Part shown: piece after piece, positions 55,381 through 63,810 of the stretch
Layout of the letters: every line of letters begins with the position of its first letter
How positions within the stretch are numbered: the first letter of the stretch is position 1
Source of the DNA: Desulfuromonadales bacterium
GTDB taxonomy: Bacteria > Desulfobacterota > Desulfuromonadia > Desulfuromonadales > SZUA-540
Length of the DNA: 64,000 nt
Reading direction: 5' to 3'
Assembly (NCBI GenBank): GCA_033549025.1
Contig: JAWSUS010000005.1
Location: 95,597-159,596, forward strand
Notes under the pieces: generated by a model
What the model was told of the DNA's origin: nothing
The model's database searches: none
Seen by the model: the letters and a program-made list of their open reading frames with translations, nothing else
Made by a program: the position numbers and the translations under genes

Positions 55381-56787
55381 TCAGTTCTCCAGCGCCTCTT
55401 TCAACGCAGTGACCACCAGGGGCTCCTCGGCGGCGAAGATGGTGCGGGGATTGAGGAGCAGGCGCCCCTCCTGCAGCCGGCCGACCACAGGAATGTTTCC
55501 CTGGCGTAGCCGGGTGGCCAGCTCTTCCACCGAGCAGTTCCTGGGGGTGAGAGCCACGGCATAGCCGGGCAGTTCGGTCAAAGGGAGAGCGCCGCCGCCG
55601 ACCTGGGACGCTTCGGCAACAATGGCCGTGTCAACCTGGTCGGACAGAGCGGTGCGGATTTTCTGCTGCAGCCGCCGGGCGCGCTTTTTGACCTCCGCCT
55701 CGGTCATGGCCAGCATCTGCAGTACGGGCAGTTCGCGCAGGGCCTCCTGCTGGTCGAGATAGTGACGCAGAGTCGCCTCCAGGGCCGCCAAAGTCAGCTT
55801 GTCGATGCGCAGGGCGCGGGCCAGCGGATGATGGCGGATTTTGTCGATCGCCCACTTTTTGCCGACGATAAGCCCGGCCTGCGGGCCGCCCAGCAGCTTG
55901 TCACCGCTGAAGGTCAGCACGTCGATTCCGGTCGCTACCGCTTCGCTCACCGTCGGTTCCCGGGGCAGGCCGTAGCTCGAGAGGTCGAAGAGCATGCCGC
56001 TGCCCAGATCTTCCATCACCGGGATGTTGTGGTCGCGGCCGAGGTCGACCATGTCTGCGGCGGGCACCTGCGACGAGAAGCCGACGATGCGGTAGTTGCT
56101 GGTGTGCACCTTGAGTAGCAGGCCGGTGTTCTCTCCAATGGCGGCGCGATAGTCTTTCAGGTGTGTTTTGTTGGTGGTGCCGATTTCCTTGAGGATCACC
56201 CCTCCTGCCGCCATGACATCGGGAACGCGGAAAGCGCCGCCGATCTCCACCAGTTCGCCCCGGCTGACGATGGCTTCTTTGCCTTGGCCAAGCGCTGTCA
56301 GTGCCAGCAGTACGGCGCCGGCGTTGTTGTTGACCACGGCGGCAGCTTCGGCACCAGTGAGTCGGCACAGCAGCTCGTCGATATGGGAATAGCGGTGCCC
56401 CCGCTGGCCGGTATGCAGATCGAATTCAAGATTGGAGTAGGTGCGTGAGACCTGATCGATGGCCGCCAGGGCCTTTTCGCTCAAGGGCGCTCGGCCCAGA
56501 TTGGTGTGCAGCAGGGTGCCGGTGGCGTTGATGACGTGGCGCAGTGACGGTTGCAGCTTGCGAGCCGCCAGCCGGGCCGCCTGACGCGCCACGGCGTCCA
56601 CCGACAGGTCGAGGGTGTGACTCTGGGCGTCCGCCGCCAGCACCGCCTGACGCAGGCCGGCCACGGTCTGCTGCGCCGCTTCGAGTAAAATGATGTGGGG
56701 GCAGACCGTCGCCATGGACTGCATGGCAGGAGCGTTCAGCAGGCGGTCAACGGCGGGCAGCTGGCGCAGAAGCTCGTTTTTATCCAT
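55381..56787 (-). CDS. selA: L-seryl-tRNA(Sec) selenium transferase
   Basis: VINATG..LHTNLGRA, VNNNAGA, SRGELVEIGG.FR, FSGDKLLGGPQAG. Confidence 0.96.
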   Translation of the reverse strand: MDKNELLRQLPAVDRLLNAPAMQSMATVCPHIILLEAAQQTVAGLRQAVLAADAQSHTLDLSVDAVARQAARLAARKLQPSLRHVINATGTLLHTNLGRAPLSEKALAAIDQVSRTYSNLEFDLHTGQRGHRYSHIDELLCRLTGAEAAAVVNNNAGAVLLALTALGQGKEAIVSRGELVEIGGAFRVPDVMAAGGVILKEIGTTNKTHLKDYRAAIGENTGLLLKVHTSNYRIVGFSSQVPAADMVDLGRDHNIPVMEDLGSGMLFDLSSYGLPREPTVSEAVATGIDVLTFSGDKLLGGPQAGLIVGKKWAIDKIRHHPLARALRIDKLTLAALEATLRHYLDQQEALRELPVLQMLAMTEAEVKKRARRLQQKIRTALSDQVDTAIVAEASQVGGGALPLTELPGYAVALTPRNCSVEELATRLRQGNIPVVGRLQEGRLLLNPRTIFAAEEPLVVTALKEALEN

Positions 56788-56986
56788 CGCGTCTCTCTTG
56801 GCTATCAGGGGGAACGAGGAATGGCACCGGGGCAATCCTGGGTTGGATGCCCGTAAAACTGCGCAAAAAACTACCACGAATGGTGGACAATCACAAGCGG
56901 TAATAGGTATTTAGGAGAGGTGGGAAAGGTGGGGGGATTCAGGATCCTGCGGGCGCGGTGATCCGGCTTTTTTGCGCCAAGAAAGG

Positions 56987-57011
56987 AACCGGCGGGAGGC
57001 ACCCGCCGGTT
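56987..57011 (-). terminator. Hairpin after the microprotein gene (weak U-tract)
   Basis: aaccggcggg-5 nt loop-cccgccggtt; minus-strand tail CCUUUCUU. Confidence 0.55.
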
Positions 57012-57030
57012 TGACCTTCCCAACAGCTGA

Positions 57031-57162
57031 CTAATCGGTCCCGAACTTCCACTGCTCGTCCTGTACGCCGGTGCAGATGTAGGAAATATCCTCGAACTCC
57101 GATATGCATACTTCTTCGACGTCTTCCTCGTTCACCCAGAATGCCTTGGCTGCTTCTCCCAT
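57031..57162 (-). CDS. 43-aa acidic microprotein MGEAAKAFWVNEEDVEEVCISEFEDISYICTGVQDEQWKFGTD
   Basis: RBS AAGGAG 7 nt before ATG; upstream sigma-54 promoter; downstream hairpin. Confidence 0.7.
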   Translation of the reverse strand: MGEAAKAFWVNEEDVEEVCISEFEDISYICTGVQDEQWKFGTD

Positions 57163-57260
57163 AACCGGTCTCCTTGTGCAAAGTTGTGCGGGCTGTGCTC
57201 CCGCCGCTGATGTGATGGTGTGTAGCTGGTCCGTTAAGAGGGCCTGCCGTGACCTGTTCA

Positions 57261-57278
57261 AAGCGAAACCCGTGCCAA
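57261..57278 (-). promoter_or_regulatory. Sigma-54 (-24/-12) promoter
   Basis: Minus strand TTGGCACGGGTTTCGCTT with exact GG-N10-GC spacing. Confidence 0.75.
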
Positions 57279-57351
57279 GAGGATCTGTTTCGTAAACAGC
57301 CTAAATCTCTGTAAATCAATAAGAAAGTGTATACGATATAGGCGCATCGGC

Positions 57352-57395
57352 GGGACAAAATGACGCGGTGGGCGGCAGCGGGGTGGGACAAAATG
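57352..57395. promoter_or_regulatory. Paired putative enhancer (bEBP) sites
   Basis: GGGACAAAATG repeated at 57352 and 57385 (33-bp period), 75-120 bp upstream of the -24 box. Confidence 0.55.
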
Positions 57396-57633
57396 GGGCA
57401 CCTGCCCAGGTGGCTTTCTTCCCCCGGGACAGGTGAGAATTTAGCGGTCTGGGCTAAGCCCGGCAACCCAGTCGTCAAGTTTTTCCCTGATGGCTTCGCG
57501 AGTCTGGTAGGAAATCTCAGGCAGCTGAACTTCTTCGTCTTTGCTCTACTCAAGTTTAGCTGGTATCTCCTCGCCTGTGTCTGCTAAGGTTGCCTGCACT
57601 AGAACGCGAATCCCGGTATTCAGGATATTCTGC

Positions 57634-58884
57634 ATGTTTTCTATTCTTCATCCCCTTCTGGCCGAACTGGCCCGGCTCCCTGGCAAGCTTGTAAAGTTGC
57701 AGGTCAGCAACTCGGCCGTGGCTAGCCTGCACCGGGGCTACCCCTGGCTCTACGCCGAACGGGTCAAGGCCGAAAGCCATCGCGGCCACCCCGGCGATCT
57801 TGGCGTGGTGTACGACGGCAAAGGGCGTTTCGTGGCGGTGGGACTGTACGATCCCTTCTCACCTATTCGGCTGCGCGTCCTGCTGGCCAGCAAGCCCGGC
57901 CCAATCGACCGTGCCTTTTTCGCTGAACGCCTTGCCGCCGCCCTGGCCCGCCGCCTGCCACTGCAGGGGACGCAGACGGACGGCTATCGCCTGGTTCATG
58001 GTGAAAGTGACCGATTTCCCGGCCTGGTTATCGACCGTTATGGAGACACGGCGGTGGTGAAGATCTATACACACGCCTGGATTCCTTATCTGCACGACTG
58101 CCTGGCGAGTCTGCTGGAATTGCAGCCTCTCGACCGGCTGGTCCTGCGTCTGAGTCGGGGGGTGCGGGAGCATCCTGACAGCCTGCACGGCTTGAGGGAC
58201 GGCCAGATTCTCTACGGCGAGCCTATCCGCGGCGTAATGACCTGTCCGGAGAACGGGCTGCTTTTTGAAGTGGATCCCATCCATGGTCAGAAAACCGGCT
58301 TTTTTCTCGATCAGCGCGACAACCGGGCCCGCGTCGAGCAGCTGGCCCGGGGCAAGCGGGTCCTCAACGCCTTTTCCTATAACGGCGGCTTTTCTCTCGC
58401 GGCGGCCCGCGGCGGCGCCGTCGAGGTGACCAGTCTCGATCAGAGCGGTCAGGCGCTGGAGTCGTCGAAGCGCAACTTTGCCCTCAATGCCCAGGTGCCG
58501 GCCATTGCCGCAGCCCGTCACCTCACCATTGAAGGCGATGCCTTTCGGGCCATGGCCGAACTGGTGAAACAGGGCCAAAAGTACGACCTGGTGATCATTG
58601 ACCCGCCCGCCTTTGCCGTGCGGCGCAGCCAGGTCAGGGAAGCGCTGAACGCCTATGGCCGCCTTGCGCACCTCGGCGTCAGCCTGCTCGTCGCCGGCGG
58701 GGATATCGTCCTCGCCTCCTGCTCTAATCCCGTAAGCCCCGAGGATTTTCGCGCGGCCGTCTGTGCCGCCGCCGCCCGGGCTGGACGACCTCTGCAGAGG
58801 ATTCAGGAGACCGGCCATGCCCTCGATCATCCCCTCGACTTTTCCGAAAGCCGCTACCTCAAGTGCCTGTTCGCCCAGGCGTAG
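57634..58884 (+). CDS. RlmI/RlmK-like SAM-dependent rRNA methyltransferase
   Basis: PUA-like GYPWLY, RLVHGESD.FPGL.ID, GQKTGFFLDQR, IIDPPAF, YLK. Confidence 0.88.
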   Translation: MFSILHPLLAELARLPGKLVKLQVSNSAVASLHRGYPWLYAERVKAESHRGHPGDLGVVYDGKGRFVAVGLYDPFSPIRLRVLLASKPGPIDRAFFAERLAAALARRLPLQGTQTDGYRLVHGESDRFPGLVIDRYGDTAVVKIYTHAWIPYLHDCLASLLELQPLDRLVLRLSRGVREHPDSLHGLRDGQILYGEPIRGVMTCPENGLLFEVDPIHGQKTGFFLDQRDNRARVEQLARGKRVLNAFSYNGGFSLAAARGGAVEVTSLDQSGQALESSKRNFALNAQVPAIAAARHLTIEGDAFRAMAELVKQGQKYDLVIIDPPAFAVRRSQVREALNAYGRLAHLGVSLLVAGGDIVLASCSNPVSPEDFRAAVCAAAARAGRPLQRIQETGHALDHPLDFSESRYLKCLFAQA

Positions 58885-59121
58885 GGGAGGGAAAAGAAAA
58901 ACTTTTACCCGGTCGGTATTTATGTGTTGCTATTGGGAGGTTGCCCGTGATAGGGTGACTGAACTTAGGAAAGTTTGTGTAGGTTTTAGTTGCTCACCAG
59001 TTCGACAAGGTGTCAGGCTGGATCAAAAACACAGGCCCACTTCGGCGTGTGTTTTTTCTTTTTTGGGACCAACAGAATTTGCACAACAGGAAAGTTCCCA
59101 ACGCGGAACATGGAGAAAAAA

Positions 59122-59322
59122 ATGGCAGAAGGTACAGTAAAGTGGTTTAACGATGCAAAGGGTTTTGGTTTTATCGAGCAGGACAACGGACCTGATGTTT
59201 TCGTTCATTTTTCTGAAATCCAGGGCGACGGCTTCAAGTCTCTCGCCGAGGGCGATCGCGTCAGCTTTGAGGTAACTCAGGGCCAGAAGGGTCCCCAGTC
59301 GGCTAATGTCCGCCGCATATAA
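59122..59322 (+). CDS. cspA: Cold-shock protein
   Basis: GTVKWFN..KGFGFI, DVFVHFS, GQKGPQ; paralog identity uncertain. Confidence 0.93.
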   Translation: MAEGTVKWFNDAKGFGFIEQDNGPDVFVHFSEIQGDGFKSLAEGDRVSFEVTQGQKGPQSANVRRI

Positions 59323-59349
59323 ATAAGTTCGGACATCCGGTTGTAAAGG

Positions 59350-59379
59350 AACCCCGCGAGCTTTCGCGGGGTTTTTTTT
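59350..59379 (+). terminator. Intrinsic terminator after csp
   Basis: aaccccgcga-gctt-tcgcggggtt followed by T-run. Confidence 0.85.
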
Positions 59380-59444
59380 GGCGAGGGACAGCGGCCGCGC
59401 TTCGTTGACAAAAGATTGGTTAGCAAACCGAAAGGGATGATCTT

Positions 59445-59585
59445 ATGGCAAAAAAACCGAACTATGGTTATGAGAAGCGGCAGAAGGAATTAGCCCGCAA
59501 AGCTAAAAAGGAAGAGAAGAAAAAGCAGAAAGCTGAAGAAGCCAACCCGGTTGATACCGACCCGGTAGATACCGACCCGGAATAA
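59445..59585 (+). CDS. 46-aa Lys/Glu-rich microprotein MAKKPNYGYEKRQKELARKAKKEEKKKQKAEEANPVDTDPVDTDPE
   Basis: RBS AAGGGA; open frame; below ORF-track length cutoff. Confidence 0.7.
   Translation: MAKKPNYGYEKRQKELARKAKKEEKKKQKAEEANPVDTDPVDTDPE
59545..59580 (+). repeat. 15-bp tandem repeat (about 2.4 copies) encoding PVDTD
   Basis: acccggttgataccg acccggtagataccg acccgg. Confidence 0.8.
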
Positions 59586-59724
59586 AGAGCCCCGTCCTGT
59601 CCCCAAGTTGTCTTCCTGCCTGATCGCCTGCCGTAAAATGCCATCGCTGACTTTCTTGCTATACTTTCTGCACTCTCTTTTTGTGCTCTGAGCACGATCC
59701 GTACCCCTGATACCTTGATTTTTT

Positions 59725-60810
59725 ATGAAGGAGCCCTCTTTGGCCTCGCTCGATTTTGAACAGGAAAAACGCGCTTTTCGCAAATTCTATGACAGCAACA
59801 GGAGTCATTTTGAAGAGGCCAAGAATGCCTATGTCCGCGTCATCAAAGCTATGCTCAAAGACTCCGGCATCGAGGAGGTGACCAAGATCGAAGGGCGGAT
59901 CAAGGAGAGAGAAGAGTGTATCAAGAAGTTTCAGCGCAAATACCAGGGCAAACTCGAAGCCGATGAAACCCCTTACGAGATCAAGGAGTATATTTCGGAC
60001 CTGCTCGGTATCCGCATCGTCTGTCTTTATGACGATCAGGTGGGCGCCGTCTCGGAATCACTGAAGGAACATTTTCGCATCATCGATGTCACCGACAAGA
60101 TCACCGCCCTGGAAAGCACCGAGGATCTGTTCGGCTACAAGGGGCTCCACATGGATCTGGAACCCAAGGCCGAAATAGCATCCCGCTTTGGCAGCCATCC
60201 CCATGCCGCCTATCCCTTCGAGGTGCAGATCCGCTCGCTGATCCAGGATGCCTGGAGCGTGCTGGATCATAAGATCAAGTACAAGAAGTCGATCCCCAGT
60301 GACCTCAAGCGACGCATCAATGTTCTGTCGGCCCTTTTCGAGTTGGCCGACCGGGAATTCCGCGAGATCCGCAATGCCACGCAGGAGCTGCTGCAGCAGG
60401 AAAAGGCCACCCCGGTGAATGATGGGACTGCCGGCTCGGGGGGTGTCAATGGCGAAGGTCTGGCGGCGAACAGCGGCAAGACCATTAACGTTTTCAGCTT
60501 TTTGCGCATCGCCGGACATTTCTTCCGGGATTTCGAATTTGCCGACTACAAAGTCGACAACTTCGTGCAGGTCATCCTCAAGATGGACCCGGACTTTCAA
60601 AAGTCAGACCTGCACAAGAGCCTTATCGAGAACCTCAAAGCGGTGAAGGACTATCGCCAGGATTACCTGGAAGAAAATCCCGACAATACGTTCAGCCCCT
60701 ATACCGTTATCCGCCACTGCCTGTTTCTCTACGATCGGGATATCTTTGGTCGCATCCTCTCGCGTGGCTCGCGAGAGCGTTTCGAAGCCTGGTTGAGGCA
60801 GGCGGAGTAA
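59725..60810 (+). CDS. Standalone RelA/SpoT-domain (small alarmone synthetase-like) protein
   Basis: GRIK.....IKK, DLLGIRIV, GYKGLH, EVQIRS..QDAW..LDH..KYK; no HD, TGS or ACT domains. Confidence 0.85.
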   Translation: MKEPSLASLDFEQEKRAFRKFYDSNRSHFEEAKNAYVRVIKAMLKDSGIEEVTKIEGRIKEREECIKKFQRKYQGKLEADETPYEIKEYISDLLGIRIVCLYDDQVGAVSESLKEHFRIIDVTDKITALESTEDLFGYKGLHMDLEPKAEIASRFGSHPHAAYPFEVQIRSLIQDAWSVLDHKIKYKKSIPSDLKRRINVLSALFELADREFREIRNATQELLQQEKATPVNDGTAGSGGVNGEGLAANSGKTINVFSFLRIAGHFFRDFEFADYKVDNFVQVILKMDPDFQKSDLHKSLIENLKAVKDYRQDYLEENPDNTFSPYTVIRHCLFLYDRDIFGRILSRGSRERFEAWLRQAE

Positions 60811-60825
60811 TTTCGGCCCACCATC

Positions 60826-61038
60826 TTATCCCCGCCAGAGGGTCCAGGGGATATCGTTTTTATCGGTGCTGTGGGTGAATTTCGCCTGGCAGGTCAGGCA
60901 CTGGTAGTCCTGCTCTTCGAAACCCTGAGGATTTTTTCCCTTGAAAAAACGCGGTGCATCCATCGTGGCCAGCCCGCCATGGGGTTTACCGTTGCGTGAT
61001 TTTTTGGCCTGCTCTTCACACAGCTCACAAATCTTCAT
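60826..61038 (-). CDS. Small putative Zn-binding protein
   Basis: CELC...PH...YQCLTC; RBS AGAGGA. Confidence 0.7.
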   Translation of the reverse strand: MKICELCEEQAKKSRNGKPHGGLATMDAPRFFKGKNPQGFEEQDYQCLTCQAKFTHSTDKNDIPWTLWRG

Positions 61039-61101
61039 ACGTGTTTTATTCCTCTAAAAGGCGGCATTTCTGCGTAGGTCCGTCCGCTATCCTGTTTCCG
61101 G

Positions 61102-61491
61102 TTATTTGCAGCGCATCATCTTCCGGCCGTCCTCGAAGAGGACTTCAATCTTCTGTGTACCCGCTACCCGCATGACGAACCCAAGCCCGAAACGGGGATG
61201 GTTGATCTGTGTCTTGGGCTTGTAGGCTGCGGTCATGCTGTATTCCGTCGCCTTGGAGTGGTCCAGCCTGGTGTTCAGAGACTCCCATTCCTGGCGCTCG
61301 TTCTCCTGCAGGGTGATCGCTTTTTTCGTTACTGTGGGCGGCCTGTATTTGTGCGTACGCTTGCAGATGGCGCACTGCACGTCGTCTGGCGTATCCCCGG
61401 CCAGAGAAATAAGCGTGTGATCCGTGTTTTTGCGGCATTTGGTGCAGCGGGCCTTGATCGTGTTGCCGATCGTCATCGTGGTGCTTTCCAT
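61102..61491 (-). CDS. Zn-ribbon plus Tudor/SH3-like hypothetical protein
   Basis: CTKC..H, CAIC..H; C-terminal HPRFGLGFV...KIEVLFEDG.K. Confidence 0.75.
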   Translation of the reverse strand: MESTTMTIGNTIKARCTKCRKNTDHTLISLAGDTPDDVQCAICKRTHKYRPPTVTKKAITLQENERQEWESLNTRLDHSKATEYSMTAAYKPKTQINHPRFGLGFVMRVAGTQKIEVLFEDGRKMMRCK

Positions 61492-61846
61492 AACGGGCTC
61501 CCTGTTTGGGGGTTGACCAATTAGTGACCGATAAAATCCGTCATTAAGAGGACTTTAAAGGGCACAATCGGCGATTGCCATGCAGGGTTTACCAGCATGG
61601 CAGCAGAATGATTCACTCCGAAAAGAGGTGTTCGCGGAGGCAAAGGGGTTTGGTGAAAGGAGGGAGAGGAAAAAACTGTTTACATAATACACTTTTGTGG
61701 CCCCAAAAGATACGCTCTTGTCGGACCTTGGGGGCACTAAGAAATGGAAGGAGCCGGTTTTACAGTGTTAATCCGGTCAAAAAAGATCAGGAAACATCCC
61801 GTCCGCTACCAGAAGAATCTCAGCCGTGGCCGGCGGCGATGACCCC

Positions 61847-63265
61847 TCAGTCGATAGCAACGGATTGCTGGGGGGCGGGGATGCTGACCTCTTTGAGGCC
61901 TAGCTCCTGCCGTAGGGTCTGGGCCAGACTGGTCGCGGCCTCGTCCTCGCCGTGAACGACGAAGGTCCGTCGCGGCTTCTTGGCCATGACCCGAACGAAA
62001 TCCAGCAGCCCTTCGCGGTCGGCGTGGCCGGAAAAGCCCGTCAACACCTCGATGCGTGCGTTCACGTGAAAATCCTCACCAAAAATACGGATATCCTTCT
62101 CCTGCTCCACCAGCTTGCGCCCCAGCGTATTGGGCGCCTGCCAGCTCGTCAGCAAAATGGTGTTGCGCGCATCGCCGATGCGGTTGCGCAGGTGGTGTAG
62201 AATGCGTCCCCCCTCCAGCATTCCGCTGGCGCTGATGATAATCGCCGGCACTTTCAGGTTGTTGAGCGCCTTCGACTGCTCCACCGTCTGAGTGTATTGC
62301 AGCAAGCCAAAACCGAAGGGATTCTTGTCGTCGTCCGTCAGCAGAAACTCGCGGATTTCGGCGTCGTAGACCTCAGGATGCAGCCGGAAAATCTCGGTGG
62401 TGCGGGTGGCCAGGGGGCTGTCGACGAAGATGGGCAGGTCGGGGATGGCGCCGTCGTTGTGCAGCTTGTGCAGGGCGTAGACCAGCTGCTGCGTGCGCCC
62501 CACGGCAAAGGCGGGGATAAGCAGGCTGCCGCCACGGCCGACCGTCTCGTTGACGATGCGCTCCAACTCCCGCTCCGAATCGGGGTAGGGCGGGTGGTTG
62601 CGGTCGCCGTAAGTGCTCTCCATAATGAGAATGTCGGCCCCCTCCCGCAGGGGTACCGGGTCGCGGATGATGGGGATGTCCGGCCGGCCGATATCGCCAC
62701 TGAATACCAGGCGCTGTTGCTGCCCCGTCTCGCGGTCATCGATATCGAGAATCACATGGGCGCTGCCCAGCATGTGACCGGCATCGACCAGCGTCAGGTC
62801 AATGCCGGGAAAAAGCTGGTGGCGGCGGTTGTAACCCAGGCCCACGAAATAGTCCATGGCACGGGCCACATCCTCCCGCGTATAGAGCGGCTCAAAGAGA
62901 CGCTGCCGCTTTCTCTGGCGGCGCCGGTTGACGTATTCGACGTCCTTTTCCTGAATAAAGGCGCTGTCCATCAGCATGACGGCGCACAGATCCCGGGTTG
63001 CCGACGTACAGAAAATATCCCCCTTGAAGCCATTGCGCACCAGACAGGGGATGCGCCCCGAGTGATCGATATGGGCGTGCGAAAGGATAAGACAGTCGAT
63101 ATCCCCTCCATCGCACAGGGTGCTGCGGTTCAGCTCAAACGCTTCCTTGCGTTTGCCCTGAAAGAGGCCGCAGTCGAGCAGGATGGATTTGCCGTTGACC
63201 TCGATAAGATGCTGGGAGCCGGTCACGGTACGGGCGGCGCCCTGGAAGGTGATCCTCATGGCCAT
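61847..63265 (-). CDS. MBL-fold beta-CASP ribonuclease family protein
   Basis: GAARTVTGS, LDCG, SHAHIDHSG, AGHMLGS, ESTYG, PAFAVGR, FSGHAD. Confidence 0.92.
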   Translation of the reverse strand: MAMRITFQGAARTVTGSQHLIEVNGKSILLDCGLFQGKRKEAFELNRSTLCDGGDIDCLILSHAHIDHSGRIPCLVRNGFKGDIFCTSATRDLCAVMLMDSAFIQEKDVEYVNRRRQRKRQRLFEPLYTREDVARAMDYFVGLGYNRRHQLFPGIDLTLVDAGHMLGSAHVILDIDDRETGQQQRLVFSGDIGRPDIPIIRDPVPLREGADILIMESTYGDRNHPPYPDSERELERIVNETVGRGGSLLIPAFAVGRTQQLVYALHKLHNDGAIPDLPIFVDSPLATRTTEIFRLHPEVYDAEIREFLLTDDDKNPFGFGLLQYTQTVEQSKALNNLKVPAIIISASGMLEGGRILHHLRNRIGDARNTILLTSWQAPNTLGRKLVEQEKDIRIFGEDFHVNARIEVLTGFSGHADREGLLDFVRVMAKKPRRTFVVHGEDEAATSLAQTLRQELGLKEVSIPAPQQSVAID

Positions 63266-63300
63266 CCTTTCGGTCAGACGAGGGTTAGCTGGCGGCCAGG

Positions 63301-63810
63301 TTAGATGGAACTATCACGGCCGAAATTGCGGAACTCGCCGAGATTGCTAAATTCAGCCCAAGCCAGAAATTGGTTCGGCGCGTTCACGAAGTCGTAGACA
63401 TTCTGCAGAATATTAAAATGCTTCTGCTCTTCACCGGCGATCTGCAGCAGCAGTTCCTTCACCTTGTTGTCCTGTTCCTTTGCGGCCGCTTCCTCGTAAA
63501 AACGAAAGCTATCCGCTTCCAGCTTCATGGCGTGGCGATAGCCGTCCAGATCCCCCGCAATGATCAGGTCCGCCCTGGCGGCGATGAGTGTCTCGAAGAC
63601 GTTTTTGGCCTGCTCCAGCGCGGTGGATTTCTGCATGGAAGCCGGCGTCTTCTCTTTCAGGCTCTTGAAAATGTCGCGGTGCTTCTGCTCGTCCTCCGCC
63701 AGTTGCAGGAAAATCCTCTGCAATCCCTCATGCGCTGTCTGCGCGGCCAGCTTCTGGTAATACGCCTTGCCGTCGTCTTCCATCTTCATGGCGACCTCAA
63801 ACACATTCAT
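63301..63810 (-). CDS. Ferritin-like (rubrerythrin-type) diiron protein
   Basis: Duplicated A..ME.....Y / LA..EQKH motifs; RBS GGAGG. Confidence 0.88.
   Translation of the reverse strand: MNVFEVAMKMEDDGKAYYQKLAAQTAHEGLQRIFLQLAEDEQKHRDIFKSLKEKTPASMQKSTALEQAKNVFETLIAARADLIIAGDLDGYRHAMKLEADSFRFYEEAAAKEQDNKVKELLLQIAGEEQKHFNILQNVYDFVNAPNQFLAWAEFSNLGEFRNFGRDSSI

Noticed and set aside
53289..55412. Long antisense ORFs (707 aa here; also 2800-4695, 8218-9801, 43820-45442 and others)
   Set aside because: They are shadows of well-supported genes on the opposite strand, expected with GC-rich codon usage, and have no recognisable motifs.
56788..57633. tRNA-Sec (selC) next to selA
   Set aside because: No cloverleaf, TCA anticodon arm or T-loop consensus was found by eye.
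59545..59580. CRISPR-like repeat
   Set aside because: It is a short in-frame tandem repeat with no spacers and no cas genes.
61555..61846. ORFs and the hairpin TGCCATGC...GCATGGCA in the gap after the beta-CASP gene
   Set aside because: No convincing RBS, protein motif or known RNA consensus.
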